Shown here: positions 40,909 to 50,714 of the stretch, piece after piece | Layout: each line of letters starts with the position of its first letter | Position numbering within the stretch: the first letter of the stretch is position 1 | NCBI GenBank assembly: GCA_963824565.1 | Contig: CAWGQB010000028.1 | Coordinates: 66,111 to 130,110 of the forward strand | DNA from: an uncultured Pseudomonadota bacterium | GTDB taxonomy: Bacteria > Desulfobacterota > Binatia > Binatales > Binataceae | Length of the DNA: 64,000 bases | Reading direction: 5' to 3' | Position numbers and translations under genes: made by a program | The notes under the pieces: generated by a model | Told to the model about the DNA's origin: nothing | What the model saw: only the letters and a program-made list of their open reading frames with translations | The model's database searches: none

Positions 40909-41844
40909 ATGCACGACGCTACTCCTCAATGCGGGAACCAGGGCGAGCGCGCCTCGCGGACTATCCATCAGCCGGTGATGGGCGCTGAGGTGGTGGCGTT
41001 GCTCGGTGGACGGCGCCCGCTACGGATGGTCGATGCGACTCTGGGCACCGGCGGTCATGCGGCGCTGCTGCTCGAAACCGCACCGCCGTCGGCCTGTCTG
41101 CTGGGCCTTGATCGGGATCGGCAGGCGCTTGCTCTGGCTGCGGTTCGCCTGGAGCAATTCGGTGGACGCGTGATTACACGGCAGGCGAACTTTTCGGAAA
41201 TAGGCGCCTTGGTGCGCGAGGCCGGATTCAGCGGTGCCGACGCGATTGTCGCCGACCTTGGCATGAGCAGCTTCGCGCTCGACGATGCGTCGCGTGGCTT
41301 CAGCTTCATGCGCGAGGGGCCTCTTGATATGCGCATGGACGACAGCGCGGAGCTCCGCGCCTATGACTTGGTCAACGAAGAACCCGAAACGGAATTGGCG
41401 CGCATCATCTATGAATACGGCGAGGAGCGCGGCTCACGGCGGATCGCGCGGGCGATCGTCGAGGCGCGCCGGCGCCATCCGATCCAAACGACCACGGAAC
41501 TGCGGGCGCTGGTCGAGCGTGCGATCGGGGCCCATCGCAGCGGCGGAGTGCATCCCGCCACCCGGACTTTCCAGGCGCTGAGGATCGCGGTCAACGACGA
41601 ATTGGCCAGCCTGCGGGAATTGTTGGAGGCGGGACCGCGATGCCTGGCGCCGGGCGGACGGATGGCGGTTATCGCTTATCACTCTTTGGAAGACCGTCTG
41701 GTCAAGGTGCGCTTTCGGGAAATCGCTCACGATGGCGGTTATACGCTGGTGACCCGCAAGGCGATGCGTCCGACGGCCGAAGAGGTCCAACGTAACCCAC
41801 GAGCACGGAGTGCGCGGCTGCGATGCCTCGAGCGAAATCCGTAA
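40909..41844 (+). CDS. rsmH: 16S rRNA (cytosine1402-N4)-methyltransferase
   Basis: 311-aa ORF. HQPVM, DATLGTGGHA, DLGMSSFALDD, GPLDMRMD, FQALRIAVNDEL, SLEDRLVK. Confidence 0.95.
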   Translation: MHDATPQCGNQGERASRTIHQPVMGAEVVALLGGRRPLRMVDATLGTGGHAALLLETAPPSACLLGLDRDRQALALAAVRLEQFGGRVITRQANFSEIGALVREAGFSGADAIVADLGMSSFALDDASRGFSFMREGPLDMRMDDSAELRAYDLVNEEPETELARIIYEYGEERGSRRIARAIVEARRRHPIQTTTELRALVERAIGAHRSGGVHPATRTFQALRIAVNDELASLRELLEAGPRCLAPGGRMAVIAYHSLEDRLVKVRFREIAHDGGYTLVTRKAMRPTAEEVQRNPRARSARLRCLERNP

Positions 41845-42128
41845 AGCGCCGGGCTAAACCCGCAAAGGCGCCGCGCCGCCTATTGCAAGTGCTGCTGGGT
41901 GTGATGCTGGTGGCGGCGGGATTTGCCACGTTGATGGTGCGGCTGGCGGGGATGCGTGAAGGCTATCGGCTGTCGGCCTTGCGTGGGCAGATTGCCGAAA
42001 TCAAGGAAAACAATCGCACCCTGGGACTGAGGGTTGCGGAGCTGACCACGCACGACCGGCTGCGCGGGTTGGCTGTGAAATACAGGATGACACCGCCGGC
42101 ACGAGGGCAGGTGGTGGTGGTTCCGTGA
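41823..42128 (+). CDS. ftsL: cell-division protein FtsL
   Basis: 101-aa ORF between rsmH and ftsI. Basic N-terminus, single TM (LLQVLLGVMLVAAGFATLMV), coiled-coil segment. Confidence 0.7.
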   Translation: MPRAKSVKRRAKPAKAPRRLLQVLLGVMLVAAGFATLMVRLAGMREGYRLSALRGQIAEIKENNRTLGLRVAELTTHDRLRGLAVKYRMTPPARGQVVVVP

Positions 42129-44170
42129 ACGTTGCAGTAGAAAAGCGCCGTTTACGGGTTGGGGTGTTGACCCTCGTGCTGGCGGGCCTGTTTACGCTGA
42201 TCGTCATCCGGCTCGTTGTCCTGCTGATGCTTGACGGTTCGCGCTTGAGTTCGCTGGCGCTCAACGAGCACAGCGAGCAGGTAACGCTGACCGCGCCGCG
42301 CGGCTCGATTGTCGATCGGCATGGCGAGCCACTGGCACTCTCCGCTCAGGCGTTTTCGGTTTACGCGCGGCCGGCGCGGCTGTTCAAATCCAGCGCTCCG
42401 GCGGAACGTGATCGGCTGGCCCAGGCGTTGGGCATCTCGAGCGCTGAACTGGCGGACAAACTGGCGCATCCGGCGCGTTTCGTCTGGCTGGCCCGGCGCA
42501 TTCAACACGCCCAGGCCGATCAGGTTGAAGCGTTGGGTCTCGATGGCATTGGCGTACTCCCTGAGTACAAACGGTATTACCCGGAGAGCAACCTGGCCGC
42601 GGCGGTGGTGGGCAAGGCAGGTGAGGACGACCAGGGGCTCTCCGGGTTGGAGTTGCGATACGATCGCGTCATGCGCGGCGGTCCGGTTGCGCTGCGCGAG
42701 GACCGCGACGCCCTGGGGCACGCGTTTCTCGACAGTCCGTTGGCGCTGCGTGACGCGGCTCCCGGCGCGCGCCTGGAACTGACGATCGATTCGCAGATTC
42801 AGGCGCGGGCCGAAAGCGAATTGGCCACCGAGGTACAATCCTCCGGTGCCCGGCGTGGTATCGCGGTAGTGCTGGATCCGTTCTCCGGTGAGGTGCTGGC
42901 GATGGCGTCGGTGGACGCCAAGGGGGGAGTCAACGACCGCATGCACAATCCCGCGGTCCAGGACGTGTTCGAGCCCGGCTCGACTATCAAGGGTATTCTG
43001 GCGGCGATTGCACTGGAGGATCGCGCGGTCACCGAGCGTCAGAAGATTTTCTGCGAAAACGGTGAGTGGACCTTCGGCGGCAAGCAGATTCATGATCATG
43101 GCCGCCACGGCTGGCTCGACCTCGCGGATATCGTCGAGGTCTCCTCCAATATCGGCGCCGCGAAGATTGCGCTCACACTGGGCGCCGAGCGTTACTATCG
43201 GGGCTTGCGGGCATTTGGATTAGGCCGTCCGACCGGTATCGACCTGCCCGGTGAGGTTTACGGAATCGTAAGGCCGGCGCGCGGCTGGTACCCGATCGAC
43301 CTGGCTAATCACGGCTTCGGTCAGGGCATCGCGGTGACCGCTATCCAACTGGCGTCGGCTTACGCGGCGATCGCCAACGGCGGTGTGTGGATGCGCCCGT
43401 TCGTGGTCAAGGCGGCATACGACGCCAATGGCAACAGTATCTTCGAACACACGCCTCAGGCGATGGGGCGTATCATTTCCCCGACCGTGGCGCACGACGC
43501 CAACGTGATATTGCGCAGCGTGGTCAATGGCGAGGACGGGACCGGCCGCAAGGCCGCAGTGGATAATTTTCTGGTGGCCGGAAAGACCGGCACCGCACAG
43601 ATGATCAATGCCGCTACCGGCGGGTATTACCAGAATCGTTTGGTCGGCTCCTTCGTTGGATTCGTCCCCGCTGATAATCCCCGCCTGGTCGTTCTGGTCG
43701 TACTCGAAGACGTCGGACATGGACATTTTGGCGGCTTGATCGCCGCTCCGGTGTTCAGTGAAATCGCTGCTGGCGCGCTCAGCCGACTCAACGTGGCAGC
43801 TCGGAACCCAGCCTATGATTCAGCCAGTCTGCTGCCGGTCGCGGCCCTGGACTCCGGGAATTGGGCGGTCGCCGACAGCCCGATCATTGCGCAGCGCGAT
43901 CGGGTTCGCGATACCAGTTCGGTGCCGGATTTCGGCGGAATGTCCCTGCGCAGCGCGCTGCGGATGGCGGCTGATCACGAGCTCAATATCCAGGCCGAAG
44001 GCAGCGGCTATGTAGTCGCCCAGCGCCCGGCGCCGGGTCAGCCGGTCGATGGCATCCCGATCAAACTGACGCTGAGTCCGACCGAACAGCAGCCGCGCCC
44101 AACCGCGCAAACCGCGCAGGCACCGCAGGCAATCCGCCGGCTTCACCACGGCCGTAGAGGGGGGGCATGA
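42125..44170 (+). CDS. ftsI: peptidoglycan D,D-transpeptidase FtsI (PBP3-type) with C-terminal PASTA-like domain
   Basis: 681-aa ORF. TM anchor, SxxK (GSTIKG), SSN, KTGTAQ. C-terminal VPDFGGMSLRSALRMA...YVVAQRPAPG. Confidence 0.9.
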   Translation: MNVAVEKRRLRVGVLTLVLAGLFTLIVIRLVVLLMLDGSRLSSLALNEHSEQVTLTAPRGSIVDRHGEPLALSAQAFSVYARPARLFKSSAPAERDRLAQALGISSAELADKLAHPARFVWLARRIQHAQADQVEALGLDGIGVLPEYKRYYPESNLAAAVVGKAGEDDQGLSGLELRYDRVMRGGPVALREDRDALGHAFLDSPLALRDAAPGARLELTIDSQIQARAESELATEVQSSGARRGIAVVLDPFSGEVLAMASVDAKGGVNDRMHNPAVQDVFEPGSTIKGILAAIALEDRAVTERQKIFCENGEWTFGGKQIHDHGRHGWLDLADIVEVSSNIGAAKIALTLGAERYYRGLRAFGLGRPTGIDLPGEVYGIVRPARGWYPIDLANHGFGQGIAVTAIQLASAYAAIANGGVWMRPFVVKAAYDANGNSIFEHTPQAMGRIISPTVAHDANVILRSVVNGEDGTGRKAAVDNFLVAGKTGTAQMINAATGGYYQNRLVGSFVGFVPADNPRLVVLVVLEDVGHGHFGGLIAAPVFSEIAAGALSRLNVAARNPAYDSASLLPVAALDSGNWAVADSPIIAQRDRVRDTSSVPDFGGMSLRSALRMAADHELNIQAEGSGYVVAQRPAPGQPVDGIPIKLTLSPTEQQPRPTAQTAQAPQAIRRLHHGRRGGA

Positions 44171-45675
44171 AATTGGACGCCCTCATTGCCGGTGTGGACT
44201 ATTCCGTCAAAGGTAGCCTGGACGTCGACTTAACCGGCATCGCCTATGATTCGCGCCGCGTCGAGCCGGGGAACATCTTTTTTGCGCTGGCCAGGGACGC
44301 CGCGCAGAACCAGGACAATATTAATGAGGCCTTCAGCCGCGGGACGCGTGCAGCGGCGATGCGGAAGTGGAGTGGTGGTGCATCGCGTCCCGCGGCAACC
44401 CTGATCGAGTGCGAGGAGCCCCGCCGCCTGATGGCGCTGGCGGCGGCGCGCTGGTTCAATTGGCCCAGCCGCCGGCTCGAACTGATCGGCGTCACCGGCA
44501 CCAGCGGCAAAACCACGTCGACCTACCTGTTGGCGTCGATCTTCGAGGCCGCCGGCGAAACGCCGGGGGTCATCGGGACGCTGGGAATCAGGATTGGTCC
44601 TCGCCATATCCCCACTGAGTTGACTACGCCGGAATCGGTGGATTTCGAGTCCGCACTGGCCCAGATGGAGGCTGCGGGGGTCCATCGGGTAGCGGCCGAA
44701 ATCTCCTCGATTGGTCTGGCGGAGGGACGCGTCGATCAGTTGGATTTTCGCGCCTGCCTGTTCACCAACCTGGGGCGCGATCATCTTGACTATCACGCAT
44801 CGGTCGACGACTACTTCGCCGCCAAGCTCAGGCTCTTCGAGCAATTGCTGGCTGCAAGCCAGCACCACGATCCGGTTGCTGTCGTGCTGGCTGACGACGC
44901 TTACGGCCAGCGCGTTCTGGAGCGCGTCGCGGGCCGAAAATTGAGCTTTGGCCTGGAGCCCCGTGCCGATATTTATCCGCTTAGCTTTGAACTCGGACTG
45001 GAAGGGATTCGTGCCACAGTGCAGCTTCCGGACCGGGTGATCGAATTGACTTCTCCACTGCTGGGCAAGTTCAACCTGCTTAACATTCTTGGAGCAGTGG
45101 CTGTGTCGGTGGCCCTGGGCATCGAAGATGATGCCGTGGTTGAGGGTGTGCGGCGATGCCCAGGGGCCCCCGGCAGGCTCGAGGTGGTCGCGCGGCCGCG
45201 CGGCGCGATCGTCATGGTCGACTATGCGCACAAGCCCGACGCGCTTGCGGCGGTGCTCGAAGCGTTGCGCAGGCTTAATCCCAAGCGCCTGATTTGCGTG
45301 TTCGGATGCGGCGGTGATCGCGACCGCGGCAAGCGTCCGATCATGGGCGAGATTGCCGCGCGGATGGCCGACCTGCCGGTGCTGACTTCGGATAATCCAC
45401 GCACCGAAGATCCGCTTACGATTATCGCCGAGGTCGAGGCCGGATTGCGCAACGCAGGGCGCAAGCGCGGTGCCGATGGCGGCTACCTGGTCGAGCCGGA
45501 CCGGCGCGCGGCGATTGGGCTGGCGCTTTCGATGGCCGGCGCGGGCGACATGATCGTGATCGCGGGCAAGGGACACGAGGATTATCAGATTGTCGGCAAA
45601 CGCAAGTTTCACTTCGACGATCGCGAAGTCGTACGCGAATTTTTATCGGTAACACCGGAGGATGCGGGTGCCTGA
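44167..45675 (+). CDS. murE: UDP-N-acetylmuramoyl-L-alanyl-D-glutamate--2,6-diaminopimelate ligase
   Basis: 502-aa ORF. GVTGTSGKTT P-loop, NLGRDHLDYH, VDYAHKPDAL, DNPRTEDP (DAP-type DNPR motif). Confidence 0.9.
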   Translation: MKLDALIAGVDYSVKGSLDVDLTGIAYDSRRVEPGNIFFALARDAAQNQDNINEAFSRGTRAAAMRKWSGGASRPAATLIECEEPRRLMALAAARWFNWPSRRLELIGVTGTSGKTTSTYLLASIFEAAGETPGVIGTLGIRIGPRHIPTELTTPESVDFESALAQMEAAGVHRVAAEISSIGLAEGRVDQLDFRACLFTNLGRDHLDYHASVDDYFAAKLRLFEQLLAASQHHDPVAVVLADDAYGQRVLERVAGRKLSFGLEPRADIYPLSFELGLEGIRATVQLPDRVIELTSPLLGKFNLLNILGAVAVSVALGIEDDAVVEGVRRCPGAPGRLEVVARPRGAIVMVDYAHKPDALAAVLEALRRLNPKRLICVFGCGGDRDRGKRPIMGEIAARMADLPVLTSDNPRTEDPLTIIAEVEAGLRNAGRKRGADGGYLVEPDRRAAIGLALSMAGAGDMIVIAGKGHEDYQIVGKRKFHFDDREVVREFLSVTPEDAGA

Positions 45676-45907
45676 GCCAAAGGACATTAAGTGGATGAGT
45701 GATTGAAGTGGGAGAGCGGGACGTCGCTTGAGTGCGGCATCATCGGGGAAGCCTTCGGCCGGCGGAGGATGTGCGGCGAAGGTGGAGGAGTGGATTGGGC
45801 CGGCGGTGAATGTGGATGCGGCCGGAGGCTCGCCTGATGATGCTGCGGATCCAAAAGGTAGTTGGCTGACGTGCGGTGGAGTAGGTAAGGTGGACGGATC
45901 GGAACTA

Positions 45908-46987
45908 ATGCTTTATATCGCTCTATTTACACTGCACGGCCACTATCCGGGGCTCAACGTCCTGCGCTATGTCACCTTCCGCTCCGTGCTGGCGGGGCTT
46001 TGCGCACTGGCGTTGTCGCTGGCGATGGGGCCGGTGCTGATCGAGCGCTTTCGCCGGCTCCATATCGGACAGACCATCCGCGACGAAGTGCCCAGCAGCC
46101 ATCAAAAAAAGGCCGGCACGCCGACCATGGGTGGCGTGCTGATCCTGGCCTCCGCCAGTTTGACCACGTTGCTCGTGGCCGATGTGCGCAATTCTTACGT
46201 TTGGATCGCGTTATCGGTAACGCTAGCCTTCGGCGCGATCGGGCTGGCAGACGATATGCTGAAGTTACGCCGCGGTCGCGGCAACGGGTTGAGCGGTCCT
46301 CAGAAATTGTTTTGGCAATTCGTCTGCGCGTTCGTTGCCGCGATGGTGCTGTTCGTCGGGCTTAAATTCCCCACCGAACTGACGATTCCATTTTTCAAGA
46401 ACCTGCACCCGAACTTGCATACGTGGGGTTACGTCCCTTTCGCGATGCTGGTGATCGTGGGCGCCTCAAACGCGGTTAACCTGACCGACGGACTGGATGG
46501 GCTGGCAATCGGGCCGGTGATGACTGTTGCTTTTTGTTACTGGGTGTTTACCTACGCGGCGGGCAATCTCAAGTTCGCGACTTACCTGCAGATCCCGCAC
46601 GTTGAGTATGCCGGCGAACTGGCGATCTTCTGCGGTTCGTTGATCGCCGCATCACTCGGCTTTCTATGGTACAACGCGTACCCCGCCTCGATGATGATGG
46701 GCGATGTGGGCGCGCTCGGGCTGGGCGCCGCGCTGGGCACCGTCGCGATCCTCTCCAAGCAGGAACTGGTCCTGGTAATCGCCGGCGGCGTGTTCGTGAT
46801 CGAAGCCGCTTCTACCATCATCCAGCGCTACTACTACAAGGCGACCCATCGCCGGTTCTTCCGCATGGCCCCGCTGCATCATCATTTCGAGCTCAAAGGA
46901 TGGCCGGAGACCGTGGTGGTGATGCGCTTCTGGATCGTTTCGATCGTGTGCGCCCTGATGGCGCTTAGCACCCTCAAGTTACGGTGA
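45908..46987 (+). CDS. mraY: phospho-N-acetylmuramoyl-pentapeptide transferase
   Basis: ORF 45728..46987. The canonical 359-aa protein starts at the ATG at 45908 (MLYIALFTL...). KKAGTPTMGG, NAVNLTDGLDGLA, MGDVGALGLG, APLHHHFE. Confidence 0.95.
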   Translation: MLYIALFTLHGHYPGLNVLRYVTFRSVLAGLCALALSLAMGPVLIERFRRLHIGQTIRDEVPSSHQKKAGTPTMGGVLILASASLTTLLVADVRNSYVWIALSVTLAFGAIGLADDMLKLRRGRGNGLSGPQKLFWQFVCAFVAAMVLFVGLKFPTELTIPFFKNLHPNLHTWGYVPFAMLVIVGASNAVNLTDGLDGLAIGPVMTVAFCYWVFTYAAGNLKFATYLQIPHVEYAGELAIFCGSLIAASLGFLWYNAYPASMMMGDVGALGLGAALGTVAILSKQELVLVIAGGVFVIEAASTIIQRYYYKATHRRFFRMAPLHHHFELKGWPETVVVMRFWIVSIVCALMALSTLKLR

Positions 46988-48193
46988 GTGAGGAGGCGGG
47001 ACCCGATGCCGTCCGCAGCGCGTCCAAACCAGATCCGATTCGCCACGCCGCGCAGCGCCGGCGCGGATCTTAAAAGCTGCTTCGAGCGGTTCGATCTCGC
47101 GGCGCCGCTTCGCGCCGAACCATGGCTATGGGGCTCCGCCGCCGTGCTAATCGTGTTCGGCCTGATGATGGTGCTCGACACCACCTACTTCATGGGGTTG
47201 GACAAAACCGGGAACCCTTTTTACTTTTTCGAACGCCAGCTTGGGAACCTGGCCGTGGGCATCGTGGTGATGGCGCTGATGGCCCAGTTTTCGCTGCGCG
47301 GACTGCGCCGCCTGGCGTTCCCGGTGATGGCGATCGCGGTCTTGATGCTGCTGGCGGTCTGGGTTCCCGGCCTGGGAATCGTGCGCGGGGGCGCCCGGCG
47401 CTGGCTGCGGGCCGGACCGATCCTGATCGAGCCTTCGGAGATGGTCAAGTTGGCGACGGTTTTTTTCCTCGCCCGGTATCTCAGCGAGCATGAGGACAAC
47501 CTCAAGCATCTCAAGTTCCTGGCTCCGGCCTTCGCGGCGGTCGGAGTGCTGGCGATGGTTTTGCTCAAACAGCCCGACTTCGGCGCCGCGGTGATGCTTA
47601 CCCTGGTGCTGTTTACGATGTTGTTTGCGGCGGGCGCCGAACCCAAGCATCTGGGCGCCGCCGGCTCCGTCGCACTGCTGGCACTGGTCGTTCAGGCCGC
47701 TCACAAGGCTTATCGGATGCGCCGCTTGTCCGCGTTCCTGAACCCGTGGCGAACTTCGCAGGGCTCGGGCTTTCAGTTGATTCAGTCGTTCATCGCTTTT
47801 GGTGCGGGCGGCGGTTGGGGCGTCGGGTTGGGCGCCAGCCGCCAGAAAATGTTCTACCTGCCCCAGGCGCATAATGACTTTGTCTTCGCGGTTTTAGGCG
47901 AGGAATTCGGCGTGGCCGGTGCTCTGGTGGTAATCGCCCTATTCATCACGATCCTGGTCCGTGGGATGCATATCGCCCGCCACGAGGGCGACGCCTTTGG
48001 CAGTCTGTTGGCGGTCGGGCTCACCGCGCTGCTCTCGTTGCAGGCGTTCGTGAACATGGCGGTGGTTACGGGGCTGGTTCCAACCAAGGGATTACCGCTA
48101 CCATTTCTAAGCTATGGGGGAACATCAATGGTCGCCTCGCTCGTCGCTGTCGGGGTCTTGATGGCGTTGGGCAGGCGGTCGGTGATGCAATGA
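46988..48193 (+). CDS. ftsW: peptidoglycan glycosyltransferase FtsW (SEDS family)
   Basis: 401-aa ORF. Multi-TM, RWLRAGPILIEPSEMVKL, QSFIAFGAGGGWGVGLG, LPQAHNDFVFAVLGEE, GLPLPFLSYGGTS. Confidence 0.9.
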   Translation: MRRRDPMPSAARPNQIRFATPRSAGADLKSCFERFDLAAPLRAEPWLWGSAAVLIVFGLMMVLDTTYFMGLDKTGNPFYFFERQLGNLAVGIVVMALMAQFSLRGLRRLAFPVMAIAVLMLLAVWVPGLGIVRGGARRWLRAGPILIEPSEMVKLATVFFLARYLSEHEDNLKHLKFLAPAFAAVGVLAMVLLKQPDFGAAVMLTLVLFTMLFAAGAEPKHLGAAGSVALLALVVQAAHKAYRMRRLSAFLNPWRTSQGSGFQLIQSFIAFGAGGGWGVGLGASRQKMFYLPQAHNDFVFAVLGEEFGVAGALVVIALFITILVRGMHIARHEGDAFGSLLAVGLTALLSLQAFVNMAVVTGLVPTKGLPLPFLSYGGTSMVASLVAVGVLMALGRRSVMQ

Positions 48194-49269
48194 AAGTGGT
48201 CATTTCAGGCGGCGGAACCGGCGGACATCTATCGCCCGCGCTCGCGTTGGGTGAGGAGCTCAAGCGCATGCGGCCCGATGCCGAGTTTCTGTTTATCGGG
48301 ACCAAGGCCGGTTTAGACGAGCAGTTCCTGTCGCGCAGCGGATTCCGTTACGAGTTGTTGGATGTCGGTGGAGTTCGTGGCCATGGCCCGCGCGATGCCA
48401 TAGTTTCATTGGGTAAGATGGCCGCGGCGATTTTCAAGGCCCGCGCCTTGCTTAAGGCCTATCAGCCGGCGCTGGTCGTCGGCGTTGGCGGTTACGCGTC
48501 GATGCCCGCGGCGGTGGCGGCGCTGACCTTGCGCATACCTTTGGTTTTGATGGAGCAGAACACCCGTCCCGGGCTGACCAATCGGGTGCTGGCGCGGTTC
48601 GCCCGCCGCATCTGCGTCGCCTTTGAGGATTCGCTGCCGCTCTTACCTCAGGCCAAAGTCGAGGTTACCGGCAATCCTGTCCGCTTCACTCCTGTCCACA
48701 ACAGCGGTCAACATCCTGAAAAATTTTCAATTCTCGTTTTAGGCGGGTCGAGTGGCGCACATCGTCTCAATTTAGGTGCCCTATCTGCCTTCAAAATTCT
48801 GAATAAAGATGTTATAAAATTAGAAATTGTTCATCAAACGGGCGCGGATGACGAAGGATTGGTCCGCAGCGGTTATCAACAGGCAGGAATCGAGGCTCGG
48901 GTGACCCCTTTTATCTATGACATGGCGAGCGCCTTTGCGCAGGCCGACGTGGTCGTGACTCGTGCCGGCGCCATGACCGTGTCCGAGATCGCCTTGGCCG
49001 GCCGGCCGGCGATTTTCGTTCCTTATCCGTTCCACCGCGACCGCCAGCAGGAGTACAACGCCCGTACCCTCGAGCGCCGGGGCGGCGCGCTGATCATCCC
49101 GGACGACGAGGCTCTGGCTGACAACCTGGCCCATGCGATACGCGACCTGAGCGCCGATCGGCCGCGGCTGCAGGCGATGGCGCAGCGTGCTTTGAATGCG
49201 GCCAAGCCCAACGCGGCCGCCACTATCGCTCGTACTTGCCTTGAGATCGTTGCGGCGGAGGCGGCATGA
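48190..49269 (+). CDS. murG: UDP-GlcNAc--undecaprenyl-PP-MurNAc-pentapeptide GlcNAc transferase
   Basis: 359-aa ORF. SGGGTGGHLSPALA, GGYASMP, EQN, RAGAMTVSE. Confidence 0.95.
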   Translation: MKVVISGGGTGGHLSPALALGEELKRMRPDAEFLFIGTKAGLDEQFLSRSGFRYELLDVGGVRGHGPRDAIVSLGKMAAAIFKARALLKAYQPALVVGVGGYASMPAAVAALTLRIPLVLMEQNTRPGLTNRVLARFARRICVAFEDSLPLLPQAKVEVTGNPVRFTPVHNSGQHPEKFSILVLGGSSGAHRLNLGALSAFKILNKDVIKLEIVHQTGADDEGLVRSGYQQAGIEARVTPFIYDMASAFAQADVVVTRAGAMTVSEIALAGRPAIFVPYPFHRDRQQEYNARTLERRGGALIIPDDEALADNLAHAIRDLSADRPRLQAMAQRALNAAKPNAAATIARTCLEIVAAEAA

Positions 49270-50714
49270 GCGGTCCCACACCGAAAGGCATCAGCGGTCC
49301 CGCTCCGAAAGGCCTGATGACCGGGCAACGCCGGCTCCATTTCATTGGCGTCGGCGGCGCCGGCATGAGCGGCATCGCGGAGCTATGCCTGCGCCTGAAT
49401 TTCGCGGTGAGCGGATGCGACCTGCATTCAACCACGGTGACCCAGCGGCTTTCTACTTTGGGTGCGCAAATCAGCCCCGGCCACCATCCCGATCATATCT
49501 CCACCGATCTTGACGCCGTGGTCATATCCTCGGCGGTGAAGTTTTCCAATCCCGAGGTGCAAAGGGCGCGCGAGTTGCGCGTCCCGGTAATTCCGCGCGC
49601 CGAGATGCTGGGTGAGTTGTTGCGCCTCGCGCGTCTCGGAGTAGCGGTGGCGGGGACTCATGGCAAGACCACCACGACCTCGCTGGTGGCGTTGATTCTG
49701 GAGGAAGCAGGACTGGATCCGACCGTCGCGATCGGTGGTAACATGCGCTCCAAGGGCAGCAATGTTCGCCTGGGCCGCGGTGATTTCATGGTTGCGGAAG
49801 CCGACGAAAGCGATGCGTCGTTTTTGCTGCTGCTGCCCACCGTCGCGGTCGTCACCAACATCGATCCCGAACATCTGGACCATTACGGAACGATGGATCG
49901 GGTTCGCGACGCCTATCTGAACTTTATCAACCGCGTGCCCTTTTATGGTGTGGCAATCCTCGGTATTGACAGCCTCAACGTGCGCGCGCTCTTGCCGGCG
50001 GCGCGCAAGCTGGCGGTTACCTACGGAGAAGCCGCCGACGCCGATCTGCGGGCTGAGCGGATCGAAATCGACGGCTTCTCCACCTCCTTCGACGTCTTGC
50101 GCAAGGGCGAGTTGCTGGGGCAGGTAACGGTGCCGATGCCAGGGCGCCATATCGCGCTCAATTCGCTGGCCGCGATCGCGGTGGCGCTCGAATTGGCCAT
50201 CCCATTTGATGTGGCGGCAAGCGCGCTGCGGAAGTTTGCCGGCATCTCGCGGCGCTTCGAGATAAAAGGCGAGGGCGCCGGGCGCATCGTGCTCGACGAT
50301 TACGCCCATCATCCGCAGGAGGTGCGCACCACGCTGGCTGCCGCGCGGTCCGCCTTCCGGCGCCGCATTGTGGCCGTTTTCCAACCCCATCGCTTCACCC
50401 GGCTGCGCGACCTGTTCGATGAATTTGTGACCGCTTTCGATGACACGGACGTGCTCTACCTGGTCGAGGTCTATGCGGCCGGCGAAGAACCGATCGCGGG
50501 TGTCACGTCGCGGCGGTTGTACGAAGCCCTGCGCGCCCGCGGCCATATCGAAGTTCGATATCTTGGTGATGAGGCGAATCCAGCGCTGCGGGTGGCGGCG
50601 GACTCCGTTCCCGGAGACCTGATCGCGACTTTGGGTGCGGGCGACGTTTACAAAATTGGCGAAGCCGTTCTTGAGGCGTTATCCACGGAGGCGAAGCCCG
50701 ATGAGCGCGTTTGA
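49266..50714 (+). CDS. murC: UDP-N-acetylmuramate--L-alanine ligase
   Basis: 482-aa ORF. HFIGVGGAGMSGIAE, AVAGTHGKTTT, EADESDASF, DDYAHHP. Alternative start at ATG 49317, downstream of a 24-bp tandem duplication. Confidence 0.95.
   Translation: MSGPTPKGISGPAPKGLMTGQRRLHFIGVGGAGMSGIAELCLRLNFAVSGCDLHSTTVTQRLSTLGAQISPGHHPDHISTDLDAVVISSAVKFSNPEVQRARELRVPVIPRAEMLGELLRLARLGVAVAGTHGKTTTTSLVALILEEAGLDPTVAIGGNMRSKGSNVRLGRGDFMVAEADESDASFLLLLPTVAVVTNIDPEHLDHYGTMDRVRDAYLNFINRVPFYGVAILGIDSLNVRALLPAARKLAVTYGEAADADLRAERIEIDGFSTSFDVLRKGELLGQVTVPMPGRHIALNSLAAIAVALELAIPFDVAASALRKFAGISRRFEIKGEGAGRIVLDDYAHHPQEVRTTLAAARSAFRRRIVAVFQPHRFTRLRDLFDEFVTAFDDTDVLYLVEVYAAGEEPIAGVTSRRLYEALRARGHIEVRYLGDEANPALRVAADSVPGDLIATLGAGDVYKIGEAVLEALSTEAKPDERV
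49269..49316 (+). repeat. 24-bp tandem duplication at the 5' end of murC
   Basis: agcggtcccacaccgaaaggcatc / agcggtcccgctccgaaaggcctg (19 of 24 identical), encoding SGPTPKGI-SGPAPKGL. Confidence 0.8.

Noticed and set aside
45728-45907. 60-codon N-terminal extension of mraY predicted by the ORF track (TTG start).
   Set aside because: The canonical 359-aa MraY begins at the ATG at 45908. The extension is Gly/Ala-rich, comes from a compositionally skewed spacer, and has no TM or known domain.
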